Assembly (NCBI GenBank): GCA_963770565.1 | Contig: CAVYQE010000002.1 | Location: 736,001-800,000, forward strand | Origin: an uncultured Actinomycetota bacterium | GTDB taxonomy: Bacteria > Actinomycetota > Actinomycetes > JAFAQI01 | Direction of reading: 5' to 3' | DNA length: 64,000 bases | In this document: positions 28,380 to 36,986 of the stretch, one piece after another | How positions within the stretch are numbered: position 1 is the first letter of the stretch | Layout of the letters: every line of letters begins with the position of its first letter | The notes under the pieces: model-generated | What the model saw: the letters and a program-made list of their open reading frames with translations, nothing else | Databases searched by the model: none | Told to the model about the DNA's origin: nothing | Made by a program: the position numbers and the translations under genes

Positions 28380-28434
28380 GTACATCACAACCGTGTGGCA
28401 TTGTCGCTACCATAACAACACGGTTGTCAAGTAC
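28380..28434. promoter_or_regulatory. Inverted-repeat operator in the divergent xis/regulator promoter
   Basis: ACAACCGTGT (28387-28396) and ACACGGTTGT (28418-28427), extendable to 15/17 bp; overlaps a minus-strand TTGACA. Confidence 0.6.
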
Positions 28435-28456
28435 AACGTGAACGAGTGGAGGTTCT

Positions 28457-29152
28457 GTGGCGCGACGACGCGCAACGAAGACGGCCCTATCGTTTCGGTC
28501 GTCCGGCGGCCTGGATGTGAATGCGGTGGTCTCCTACAACCTGCGCACCATCCGGCAACGGCAAGGCTGGACCCAGGAAGGCGTCGCGCAGCGGCTGGCG
28601 CAGCTGACCGGGCACGAACTGCCGCAAGCATCCATCTCGGCGATGGAACGCGGATTCGAAGGCGGCCGGCGTCGCCGCTTCGACGCCCACGAGCTGTATC
28701 TGCTCTCCGTCGTGTTCGGCGTACCGATCGTCTACTTCTTCATCCCGCCGCCGACAGACGAGCGCGAGGACCGCTACCTGGCCGACACCGAACGACCGGT
28801 CCGCGAGTTGTACGCCGCGGTGCTCGGCAGCGAAGGAGAACTCAACGAACTCGACGAGCGGCTCGCCGCCATCGGGCTGACCAGTCCGGAGGAGGCCGAG
28901 CAGACACTCGCCGCGATCTGGGGCCCCGGCGGCACCGCCAATAACTGGTACCCACACTTCCGCACCTGGCGCAAACGCCGACTGCTCGCCCTCGCCCGCG
29001 ACTACGGCGACCGCCTCGACGAGATCGCCGAGTTCCTCGCCGCCTTCGGCACCGAACTCAAAAACGTCGGACCCCAGGCATACCTACAGATGAAGGCTCA
29101 CCGCGCCGGCGAAGACGTCCTCCCGGCAGCCACCAAACCCGAGGAGAAGTAA
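28457..29152 (+). CDS. XRE-family HTH regulator with extended C-terminal domain
   Basis: NLRTIRQRQGWTQEGVAQRL...ISAMER; full-length homolog of 54057-54761. Confidence 0.85.
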   Translation: MARRRATKTALSFRSSGGLDVNAVVSYNLRTIRQRQGWTQEGVAQRLAQLTGHELPQASISAMERGFEGGRRRRFDAHELYLLSVVFGVPIVYFFIPPPTDEREDRYLADTERPVRELYAAVLGSEGELNELDERLAAIGLTSPEEAEQTLAAIWGPGGTANNWYPHFRTWRKRRLLALARDYGDRLDEIAEFLAAFGTELKNVGPQAYLQMKAHRAGEDVLPAATKPEEK

Positions 29153-30493
29153 ATGCGCGGGTCGATCGTGAAAAAAGGCAGCCGGTACTACGTCAAGCTC
29201 GAACTCGACCCCGACCCCGCGACCGGCCACCGGCGCCAGCGGTGGCACTCCGGGTACACGACGAAACGCGAAGCCGAACGGGCCCGGGTCGATCTGCTCT
29301 CCAAACTCGACCGCGGCGAATACGTCGTCCCGACCCAACAGACCCTCGGCGAGTTCCTGACCGAATGGCTGATAACGATGCGGCGTCAGGTACGCCCGTC
29401 CACCCACGACTCCTACCAGCGCAACATGCGCCTGCACGTCATCGACCACATCGGCCGCACCAAGATCACCCGCGTCGACGCCGGCACCCTGAACGCGCTG
29501 TACGCAGAGCTGTTGATCTCCGGCCGTCGACCGTCCTCCCGAGCAGGCGCCGGCTACTCGTCAGCTGTCGTCGACCGCGCCCTGGCGCTACGGGCGGCTG
29601 GGATGAGCCTGAGCACGACCGCCAAGCGGCTGCGCGCCGAAATCCCTGAGGCATCCGCGATCACCAAGGACACGCTCGCAACCTTGCTACGGCGTCGCCC
29701 GGCGACCGGGCCTAGCGATGACCTGCCGACGATCGGCCTGTCGCCGCGGACGGTTGCTTACGTCCACACGATCCTGCACCGGGCGTTCAAGGACGCCGTG
29801 CGCTGGGGCAGGCTGGCCCGCAACCCAGCCGACGTGGCCGATCCGCCCCGCGGCTCCCACGCCGCCGAAATCCAAGCCTGGGACGCCGCGACCCTCCGCG
29901 GGTTCCTCACCCTCAGCAAAGACGAGGGCGGCGGCTACCACGCGCTGTGGGTGCTGCTCGCAACGACCGGCTTGCGCCGCGGGGAGGCGCTCGGTCTGCG
30001 GTGGAGCGACGTCGATCTCGAAACCGGCCGCGTTCGCATCGTTCAGACGGTGATCCAGATCCGAGGCAACGTCACAATCGGGGAGCCCAAGACCGACCGC
30101 GGACGGCGAGCGATCACCCTCGATGACGGCACCGTCGCGGCACTGCGCGCACACCGGCGCGAGATGAACGAGCAGCGACTTCTTGTCGGCGCCGACTTCA
30201 CCGATCGCGACCTGCTGTTCCGGCTGCCGAGCGGGGAGCCGCTGCACCCGGACGCGGTCAGCGCGACTTTCGAGCGACAGGTCCGACGGTACGGGCTACC
30301 GCGGCTAACCGTGCACGGCTTGCGCCACACCTGGGCGACGCTGGCGTTGGAGAGCGGCGTTCACCCGCGGGTCGTTCAGGAGCGCCTCGGTCACTCCACC
30401 ATCGCGATCACGCTCGGAATCTACAGCCACGTCTCGCCGACGCTCGACAGCGACGCTGCACGCACGATCGCCGCGTTGGTACTGCCGCAATAG
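29153..30493 (+). CDS. Tyrosine recombinase/integrase
   Basis: Arm-binding N-terminus; TGLRRGE, PKT, HGLRH, LGH, YSH catalytic residues. Confidence 0.95.
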   Translation: MRGSIVKKGSRYYVKLELDPDPATGHRRQRWHSGYTTKREAERARVDLLSKLDRGEYVVPTQQTLGEFLTEWLITMRRQVRPSTHDSYQRNMRLHVIDHIGRTKITRVDAGTLNALYAELLISGRRPSSRAGAGYSSAVVDRALALRAAGMSLSTTAKRLRAEIPEASAITKDTLATLLRRRPATGPSDDLPTIGLSPRTVAYVHTILHRAFKDAVRWGRLARNPADVADPPRGSHAAEIQAWDAATLRGFLTLSKDEGGGYHALWVLLATTGLRRGEALGLRWSDVDLETGRVRIVQTVIQIRGNVTIGEPKTDRGRRAITLDDGTVAALRAHRREMNEQRLLVGADFTDRDLLFRLPSGEPLHPDAVSATFERQVRRYGLPRLTVHGLRHTWATLALESGVHPRVVQERLGHSTIAITLGIYSHVSPTLDSDAARTIAALVLPQ

Positions 30494-30588
30494 GACTCGC
30501 GCTCCGGCGGCGGCGCAGACAATCGCCTGAGGACGGCGTTCCGGCGTTACATTGGTGTGAGAGTTGATCAGCCAGGGAGACCGCGAAG

Positions 30589-30768
30589 ATGTTCGAGCAG
30601 CACGCCGCGCCTAACGACTTGGAAGTCGCCAAGGCCTCCTATTGGCAATCACCTGTGCTCAGCGTCCTCATGGCCGACGTCGAGCCCTGGGGCGAGGACG
30701 AGTCCTTCTCGATTGCCGACCTCACTGACGAGGAGTGGGAAGCCTTCGTCGACGCTCTTCGAGAGTGA
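30589..30768 (+). CDS. Small acidic putative antitoxin (59 aa, absent from the ORF track)
   Basis: MFEQHAAP...DLTDEEWEAFVDALRE; GGGAG RBS; GTGA overlap with the PIN gene. Confidence 0.7.
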   Translation: MFEQHAAPNDLEVAKASYWQSPVLSVLMADVEPWGEDESFSIADLTDEEWEAFVDALRE

Positions 30769-31184
30769 GCGACGGCACAGTCCTGCTGGACACCAACATA
30801 TTCAGCGCCCAACTCAACCCCCGGTCCCGGCTACCGGCGCTTTACCGGAAACACTTGGTGCGAGCCCGGCTTGCCGTCCCCTTCCAGGTCGTCGGCGAGG
30901 TGCGGTTCGGCGCTCTCCAAGCGGGTTGGCAGCAGAAGCGCCTCGATGAGCTCGAGCGATTGGTCCGCCGGGTCGGCGTGCTCCCCGTGGATGACGCCAC
31001 GGTTTGGGCTTACGCCGAGCTACGACTCGAATGTCTGCGGACAGGACATCCGCTCCATCAGAAGAACCACAATGGCGACCTGTGGATCGCCGCCACATCC
31101 GTTCGTTGGGAGATTCCGCTCGTCGCACACGACGGCGTCTTCAAGAACTGCCCTGGGCTCGACCTGAGAACTGAGCTGACGTAG
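30765..31184 (+). CDS. PIN-domain (VapC-like) toxin
   Basis: LLDTN, VGEVRFG, DLWIAAT, LVAHD. Confidence 0.88.
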   Translation: MSDGTVLLDTNIFSAQLNPRSRLPALYRKHLVRARLAVPFQVVGEVRFGALQAGWQQKRLDELERLVRRVGVLPVDDATVWAYAELRLECLRTGHPLHQKNHNGDLWIAATSVRWEIPLVAHDGVFKNCPGLDLRTELT

Positions 31185-31289
31185 GGCGCGACCGGCGCGA
31201 GCCGGCAAGTCACGCCACGACTTCCGGTAGAAGTTCGGTAGAAGTCGGCCTATTTTCGAGCCGCCATAGCGCTCTGACCTGCGAAGATA

Positions 31290-31375
31290 TGGTGGGCGAG
31301 GGGGGAGTTGAACCCCCACGTCCTTACGGACACACGGACCTGAACCGTGCGCGTCTGCCATTCCGCCACTCGCCC
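31290..31375 (-). tRNA. tRNA-Leu(CAG)
   Basis: GGGCGAGTGGCGGAATGGCAGACGCGCACGGTTCAGGTCCGTG...GGTTCAACTCCCCCCTCGCCCACCA; long variable arm. Confidence 0.97.
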
Positions 31376-31458
31376 GATGGGGACGCTCACGCTAGCACGC
31401 AGGGTCACCCCGGCCGGCCCCGATACGATCGGGTTCAGAGTGCGGGAAAGGACGCTTC

Positions 31459-32205
31459 GTGGGAGTCCTGCAAGCCTTCGAACGACGCCTCGGCGGCCTC
31501 GTCGAAGGCGCGTTCGCCAAGGTCTTCAAGGGCGAAGTCCAGCCGGTCGAGATCGCCGGTGCCCTGCAACGCGAGGCCGACGATCGGCGGTCGGTAGTCG
31601 GGCCGGATCGAATCCTGGCCCCCAACGAGTACGTGGTCGAGCTCGGCGACCACGACTACCACCGGATCGAGGAGTGGACCGAGCCGCTCGGTGCCGAGCT
31701 TGCCGCGATGGTGCGCGAGCACGCCGCCGAGGCGGGCTACTCGTTCGTCGGCCCCGTGCAAGTCGGCTTCGAGCACCACACCGAAATCGGCACCGGAGTG
31801 TTCCGAGTACGCAGCTCGAGCGCGGCCGGGCCGGTCGACCCTCCGGTGCAGCCGCCGGTCGAGCGCCCGGTCGCCCGGGCACCGCGGCCCGCGCCGGACG
31901 GCGCACTCCCCCAGCGACCGCGCCTCATCATCGGTGTCGGCCGCGAGGAGATGGCCTACTTCATGACCCACCCGGTCACCGTGATCGGGCGAGCCGCTGA
32001 GTCCGACGTACGGCTGGACGACCCCGGCGTCTCGCGCCGGCACGCCGAGCTCCGGTACGCCGACGGCGACGTCGAGCTGATCGACCTCGGCTCGACCAAC
32101 GGCGTCTCGGTGAACGGGATCCCGATCGGGCGGACGCTGCTGCAGGACGGAGACCGCATCGACGTGGCCTCGACGACGCTGATCTTCCGGCGCGACGAGG
32201 ACTGA
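31459..32205 (+). CDS. fhaA: FhaA (DUF3662 + FHA)
   Basis: FERRL..LV.GAFAK.FK..VQPVEIA; FHA GR...VSRRH...GSTNG; synteny. Confidence 0.92.
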   Translation: MGVLQAFERRLGGLVEGAFAKVFKGEVQPVEIAGALQREADDRRSVVGPDRILAPNEYVVELGDHDYHRIEEWTEPLGAELAAMVREHAAEAGYSFVGPVQVGFEHHTEIGTGVFRVRSSSAAGPVDPPVQPPVERPVARAPRPAPDGALPQRPRLIIGVGREEMAYFMTHPVTVIGRAAESDVRLDDPGVSRRHAELRYADGDVELIDLGSTNGVSVNGIPIGRTLLQDGDRIDVASTTLIFRRDED

Positions 32206-32213
32206 CGCCGCCG

Positions 32214-32735
32214 GTGCCAGTAGCAGTCGTCTTCCTGCTCCGCGCAGTAGTCCTCGTACTGCTGTGGGGCTTCGTCATCGCCGCGGTCGTCGCGGTCCGC
32301 CACGACGTATTCGCCGAGCGGGCCCCGCGCCGCTCGAAACCGGCGGCCGCGCCCGCCGCGCCTGCGCCTCCGGCACCCGCGCCTCCCGCGGTCAAACCGT
32401 CCCGAGCGTCGCGGCGCGCGGCGCGCAAGGCCCAGGTCACCGGCGCTGCCCGCGTGACCGTCATCGACGGCCCGCTGGCCGGCACATCGGTCTCACTGTC
32501 GTCCCTACCTGTGACGATCGGCCGGGCCAACGACTCGACGATCGTGCTGGGCGGTGACGACTACGTGTCCAACCACCACGCGCGCCTCGTCCCGCAGGGC
32601 AACAAGTGGCTGATCGAGGACACCGGCTCCACCAACGGCACCTTCATCGGCGACACCAAGGTCACCACGCCGGTCGTCGTACCGGTCGGCGGCCGGATCC
32701 GGATCGGTCGGACCGTGCTGGAGCTTCAGGCATGA
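32214..32735 (+). CDS. fhaB: FhaB/FipA membrane FHA protein
   Basis: N-terminal TM; IGRA, YVSNHHA, DTGSTNGT. Confidence 0.9.
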   Translation: MPVAVVFLLRAVVLVLLWGFVIAAVVAVRHDVFAERAPRRSKPAAAPAAPAPPAPAPPAVKPSRASRRAARKAQVTGAARVTVIDGPLAGTSVSLSSLPVTIGRANDSTIVLGGDDYVSNHHARLVPQGNKWLIEDTGSTNGTFIGDTKVTTPVVVPVGGRIRIGRTVLELQA

Positions 32736-34012
32736 GCCCGCAGCTCCGGGTCGGCGCGCGCAGCGATGTCGGCCTGCACCGGCACAACAACCAGGACTCC
32801 CTGTACGCCGGACCGCACCTGGTCGCCGTCGCCGACGGAGTCGGCGGCGCGGCGGGCGGCGAGGTGGCCAGCTCGGTGACGATCACCGCCATCTCCTCGC
32901 TCGACACCGACCCGATCACCGACCCGGAGGCCGCTCTGGCCGAAGCGGCCGATCGCGCCGACACCTCGATTCGCGACACCATCGCCAGAGACCCATCGCT
33001 GGCCGGTATGAGCACGACGCTGACCGCGATCCTCTCGACCGCCGACGCGCTGACGCTCGCTCACATCGGCGACTCCCGGGCCTACCGGCTGCGCGACGGC
33101 GCTTTGATCCAGCTCAGCCACGACCACACCCTCGTGCAGTCGCTGATCGACGAGGGCGAGATCACCGAGGAAGAAGCACTGACCCACCCACGGCGGTCGT
33201 GGATCACCCGCTCGCTCGACGGCCGCGGCCTGCCCGAGATCGACCTGATCACCCTCGACGTCCAGCCCGGAGACCGCTTCCTGGTCTGTAGCGACGGCTT
33301 GTCGAGCTACGTGAGCGAGGCGGACATCGCGGCCGCGATGGCCGACGGCGACCCGCAACAGGCCGCGGACCGGCTCACCGACCTCGCCCTCGCCGCCGGC
33401 GGTCCCGACAACATCACCTGCGTCGTCGCCGACCCGGTCGACACCGACCAGGCCGGTCAGCCGCCGATCGTCGGTGGCGCGGTCACCGAGCCGCCGGCCG
33501 AGCGACCGCCCGCCGCCCCGGCTGCGAGCCCGCCGCCCGAGACCCCACCCACGCCGCCATCGGCGGACGTCGGCCCGGGGCCACGCAGCATCGCTCGTCG
33601 CCTCGCCGCGGTCACGGCTGTCGTCGTGCTCCTGGTCGCGGCCGCCGTCGTCGGCGTCGCGGTCTACATCCGCCACCAGTGGTACGTCGCTCCGGCGAAC
33701 GGTCAGGTCGCGGTCTATCAAGGCGTGCAGGGCAGCGCCGCCGGGATCCAGCTGTCCCACCTGCACGTGCGGACCAACCTGCCGGTCACCGCCCTCCCCC
33801 AGGACGACCGCGATCGGGTCGCGAGCGGGATCCAGGCCACCGGCAAGTCCAACGCCACCGAGGTCGTGAACAACCTGCGCAGCCAGGCCTGCGCCTTGGC
33901 GACCGCGACGCCGACCATCGCGCCGAGCCCGACCCCGACCGCGACCACCAAGAAGCACCCGGCGCCGAAACCGACCCCGACGCCGACCTGGTGCGCCGGG
34001 ATCACGCCATGA
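32732..34012 (+). CDS. pstP: PP2C Ser/Thr phosphatase PstP
   Basis: SDVG..R..NQD, VADGVGG, HIGDSRAY, CSDGL, GGPDNIT; TM and extracellular tail. Confidence 0.92.
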   Translation: MSPQLRVGARSDVGLHRHNNQDSLYAGPHLVAVADGVGGAAGGEVASSVTITAISSLDTDPITDPEAALAEAADRADTSIRDTIARDPSLAGMSTTLTAILSTADALTLAHIGDSRAYRLRDGALIQLSHDHTLVQSLIDEGEITEEEALTHPRRSWITRSLDGRGLPEIDLITLDVQPGDRFLVCSDGLSSYVSEADIAAAMADGDPQQAADRLTDLALAAGGPDNITCVVADPVDTDQAGQPPIVGGAVTEPPAERPPAAPAASPPPETPPTPPSADVGPGPRSIARRLAAVTAVVVLLVAAAVVGVAVYIRHQWYVAPANGQVAVYQGVQGSAAGIQLSHLHVRTNLPVTALPQDDRDRVASGIQATGKSNATEVVNNLRSQACALATATPTIAPSPTPTATTKKHPAPKPTPTPTWCAGITP

Positions 34013-35415
34013 GTGCGATTGCGGCGCCGGCGGGGTCCGGCGAGACCCGGCACGGCACCGAGCTGACCCTGGTGCTGTTCGCGGTGGTCCTGACGCTGGT
34101 CTGCTTCACCTCGGTCAGCGCCGCCTACACTGACGCACTGCCCAGCGGCCTGCTCGAGGACGGCATCGGCTTCGCGGCGCTCGCCGTTGCCGCGCACCTG
34201 GCGGTTCGCTGGCTGGCGCCGTACGCCGATCCGGTCCTGTTGCCCGCCGCGATCGCCCTCAACGGGATCGGGCTGGTGTTGATCCACCGCCTGGATCTCG
34301 CCGCCGCCAGCCGGGCGCACGCAGCCGGGCAGTCGGCAGGCACCGCGGACGCTCCGCTTCAGCTGGTCTGGACGGTCATCGGCATCGTCGCGTTCGTCGG
34401 CGTGCTCGCCGTTATCCGCGACCACCGTCGGCTTGAGTCGCTGACCTACACGGCGATGGTGGTCGGGCTGCTGTTGCTCGTGCTGCCCGCGCTGCTGCCG
34501 GCCAGCCACAGCACGGTGAACGGCGCCCGGATCTGGATCAGGTTCGGCGGCTTCTCCTTCCAACCGGGCGAGATCGCCAAGCTCGCCCTCGAGGTCTTCT
34601 TCGCCGGCTATCTGGTGCGCAAGCGAGACGTGCTCGCGCTCGCCGGTCGGCGGGTGCTCGGCCTGACCTTGCCACGGGCTCGCGACCTCGGGCCGGTGCT
34701 GGTCGCTTGGGCCGCGAGCCTTCTCATCCTGACCCGCGAGAGCGACCTGGGGTCGAGCCTGCTGTTCTTCGGCATCTTTGTCTCGATGCTCTATATCGCG
34801 ACCAGCCGGCGGTCGTGGCTGCTGATCGGCCTGGTGCTGTTCGTCGCGGGCTCGCTCGCCGCCGACCACTACGTCGCCCACGTGCACGAGCGCGTCCAGA
34901 TCTGGCTGCACCCGCTCGACCCGGCGACCATCACCAACCAGAGCTACCAACTGGCCCAAGGGCTGTTCGGCCAGGCGACCGGCGGGATCTTCGGCACCGG
35001 GCTCGGCCAGGGCCGGCCCGATCTCGTGCCGTTCGCCAACACCGACTTCATTGCCTCGACCATCGGCGAGGAGCTGGGGCTGGCCGGCCTCATGGCGATC
35101 CTGACGATCTACCTTCTGATCGTCATGCGTGGCCTGAGCGCCGCGATTCGCACCCGCGACGACTTCGGCAAGCTACTCGGCGCCGGGCTCGCGTTCGGCT
35201 TCGCTCTGCAGGTCTTCGTCCAGGTCGGCGGAGTCACCCGGCTGATCCCGCTGACCGGGCTGACTCTGCCGTTCCTCTCCTACGGCGGGTCGAGCCTGAT
35301 CTCCAACTGGATCCTGCTCGCCCTTCTGTTGCGGATCAGCGACGCCTCCCGGCGGCCCGCGCCGGAGCTCCCGGCGATCCCGGACGAGTCGGCCACGATG
35401 GTGATCCGCCGGTGA
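34009..35415 (+). CDS. rodA: SEDS protein RodA/FtsW
   Basis: NGARIWI, SFQPGE.AK, DLG, TDFI...GEELG, IPLTGLTLPF.SYGGSS. Confidence 0.93.
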   Translation: MSAIAAPAGSGETRHGTELTLVLFAVVLTLVCFTSVSAAYTDALPSGLLEDGIGFAALAVAAHLAVRWLAPYADPVLLPAAIALNGIGLVLIHRLDLAAASRAHAAGQSAGTADAPLQLVWTVIGIVAFVGVLAVIRDHRRLESLTYTAMVVGLLLLVLPALLPASHSTVNGARIWIRFGGFSFQPGEIAKLALEVFFAGYLVRKRDVLALAGRRVLGLTLPRARDLGPVLVAWAASLLILTRESDLGSSLLFFGIFVSMLYIATSRRSWLLIGLVLFVAGSLAADHYVAHVHERVQIWLHPLDPATITNQSYQLAQGLFGQATGGIFGTGLGQGRPDLVPFANTDFIASTIGEELGLAGLMAILTIYLLIVMRGLSAAIRTRDDFGKLLGAGLAFGFALQVFVQVGGVTRLIPLTGLTLPFLSYGGSSLISNWILLALLLRISDASRRPAPELPAIPDESATMVIRR

Positions 35416-36872
35416 ACCGGCAGCTGCGGCACGTCGCGATCGCGGCGCTGCTGATGTTCGCGGCGCTGCTGATCAACAGCAACGTCGTACAGGTCGTGCA
35501 GGCCTCATCGCTCCGGGCGAACCCACACAACGTCCGCGTGCTCTACAGCGAATACAGCGACCACCGCGGGCCGATCGAGGTCGCCGGCAAGGACATCGCG
35601 CGGTCGGTCGCCACCCACGACTCGCTCAAGTACCTCCGCACCTACCCCGGCGGAGCGGCGTACGCGCCCGTCACCGGCTACTACTCGCTGGTCATCGGCG
35701 CCTCCGGGATCGAGCAGGCCGAGGACAAGGTGCTCGCCGGCACCGACAACAAGCTGTTCTTCAAGCGGCTCTCGGACGAGATCACCGGCCGCACCCCGCA
35801 GGGCGGCTCGGTGATCCTCACCCTGAACCCCAAAGCGCAGCAGGCGGCGTACCGCGGGCTGCACGGCGTGCGCGGCGCGGTGGTCGCGCTCGACCCGTCG
35901 ACCGGAGCGATCCTGGCGCTCGCGACCTCGCCGTCCTACGACCCGTCGACGCTCTCGACGCACAACTCGGCCCAGATCAACCGGGCCTACCACCAGCTCC
36001 TTCGCGCGCCGGGCAACCCGCTCATCGACCGTGCCACCAGCGAGACCTATCCGCCCGGGTCGCTGTTCAAGATCGTGACCGCATCCGCGGCGTTCTCGAG
36101 CGGGAAGTTCACTCCGAACACCGTCGTGCCGGCGCCGACCGAGCTCAAACTGCCGCTGACCGACGTGTTCCTGCACAACTTCGGCGGTGAGAGCTGCGGC
36201 AACGGCTCGACCGACACCGTCTCCGACGCGTTCCGGATCTCGTGCAACACCGCCTTCGCCGGGATCGGCCTGAAGGTCGGGATCCACGACCTCGCCGCGC
36301 AGGCGAAGGCGTTCGGGATCGGCTCGTCGGTCAACATCCCGCTTCCGGTCGCGGCCAGCCAGTTCAACTCGACCGCCAACCCGCCGAACACCGCGCTGTC
36401 CGCGATCGGCCAGTACGACGACGCCCTCACCCCGCTTCAGGCCGCCATGATCGGCGCCGCGATCGCGAACCACGGGGTCGAGATGGCGCCCTACCTGGTC
36501 GCCCAAACTCAGGGGCCGGACGCCTCGGTGCTCTCCCGCGCCCACCCGCATGAGCTGCGCCGTGCGGTCAGCCCGGCGGTGGCGACCGACGTCACCAACA
36601 TGATGGAGCTGGTGGTGCAGAGCGGCACCGGCGTCGCGGCCCAGATCCCGGGCATCGAGGTGGCCGGCAAGACCGGTACGGCCCAGCACGGTACGGCGTC
36701 ACAGCACCTGCCGCCGCATGCATGGTTTGTCGCCTTCGCCCCCGCAAAGCATCCGACGATCGCGGTCGCGGTGCTGGTCGAGGACGGTGGCAGCCTCGGC
36801 AGCGACGCGACCGGCGGCGCGGTGGCCGCGCCGATCGCCCGCTCAGTGATGTGCGCGGTGCTCGGATGTTGA
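35412..36872 (+). CDS. pbpA: Class B penicillin-binding protein PbpA
   Basis: PGSLFK (SxxK), SCN, KTGT; synteny. Confidence 0.92.
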   Translation: MNRQLRHVAIAALLMFAALLINSNVVQVVQASSLRANPHNVRVLYSEYSDHRGPIEVAGKDIARSVATHDSLKYLRTYPGGAAYAPVTGYYSLVIGASGIEQAEDKVLAGTDNKLFFKRLSDEITGRTPQGGSVILTLNPKAQQAAYRGLHGVRGAVVALDPSTGAILALATSPSYDPSTLSTHNSAQINRAYHQLLRAPGNPLIDRATSETYPPGSLFKIVTASAAFSSGKFTPNTVVPAPTELKLPLTDVFLHNFGGESCGNGSTDTVSDAFRISCNTAFAGIGLKVGIHDLAAQAKAFGIGSSVNIPLPVAASQFNSTANPPNTALSAIGQYDDALTPLQAAMIGAAIANHGVEMAPYLVAQTQGPDASVLSRAHPHELRRAVSPAVATDVTNMMELVVQSGTGVAAQIPGIEVAGKTGTAQHGTASQHLPPHAWFVAFAPAKHPTIAVAVLVEDGGSLGSDATGGAVAAPIARSVMCAVLGC

Positions 36873-36986
36873 GGTCGAGCCCGGTGGGCCGGCCGGGCCA
36901 CGGTGGTCGGCGCGAGCCGATGTCACGGTCAATCACGCACGCTCCGGTTACCGTTTTGACCGTGGCCTTCCCCGTTGGTGGCGTCG

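Larger units (their letters stand above)
20790..31313. mobile_element. Island 1: ~10.5-kb integrative mobilizable element in tRNA-Leu(CAG)
   Basis: 25-bp direct repeat ATGGTGGGCGAGGGGGGAGTTGAAC at 20790-20814 and 31289-31313; integrase, Xis, relaxase, T4CP and TA inside. Confidence 0.9.

Noticed and set aside
20790-31313. Prophage or self-transmissible ICE
   Set aside because: No capsid, terminase or tail genes, and no VirB4/MPF or TraB-FtsK genes
33890-33990. CCGAC-rich repeats in the pstP tail (also the pknB tail at 38620-38690)
   Set aside because: Ordinary Pro/Thr/Ser low-complexity protein linkers
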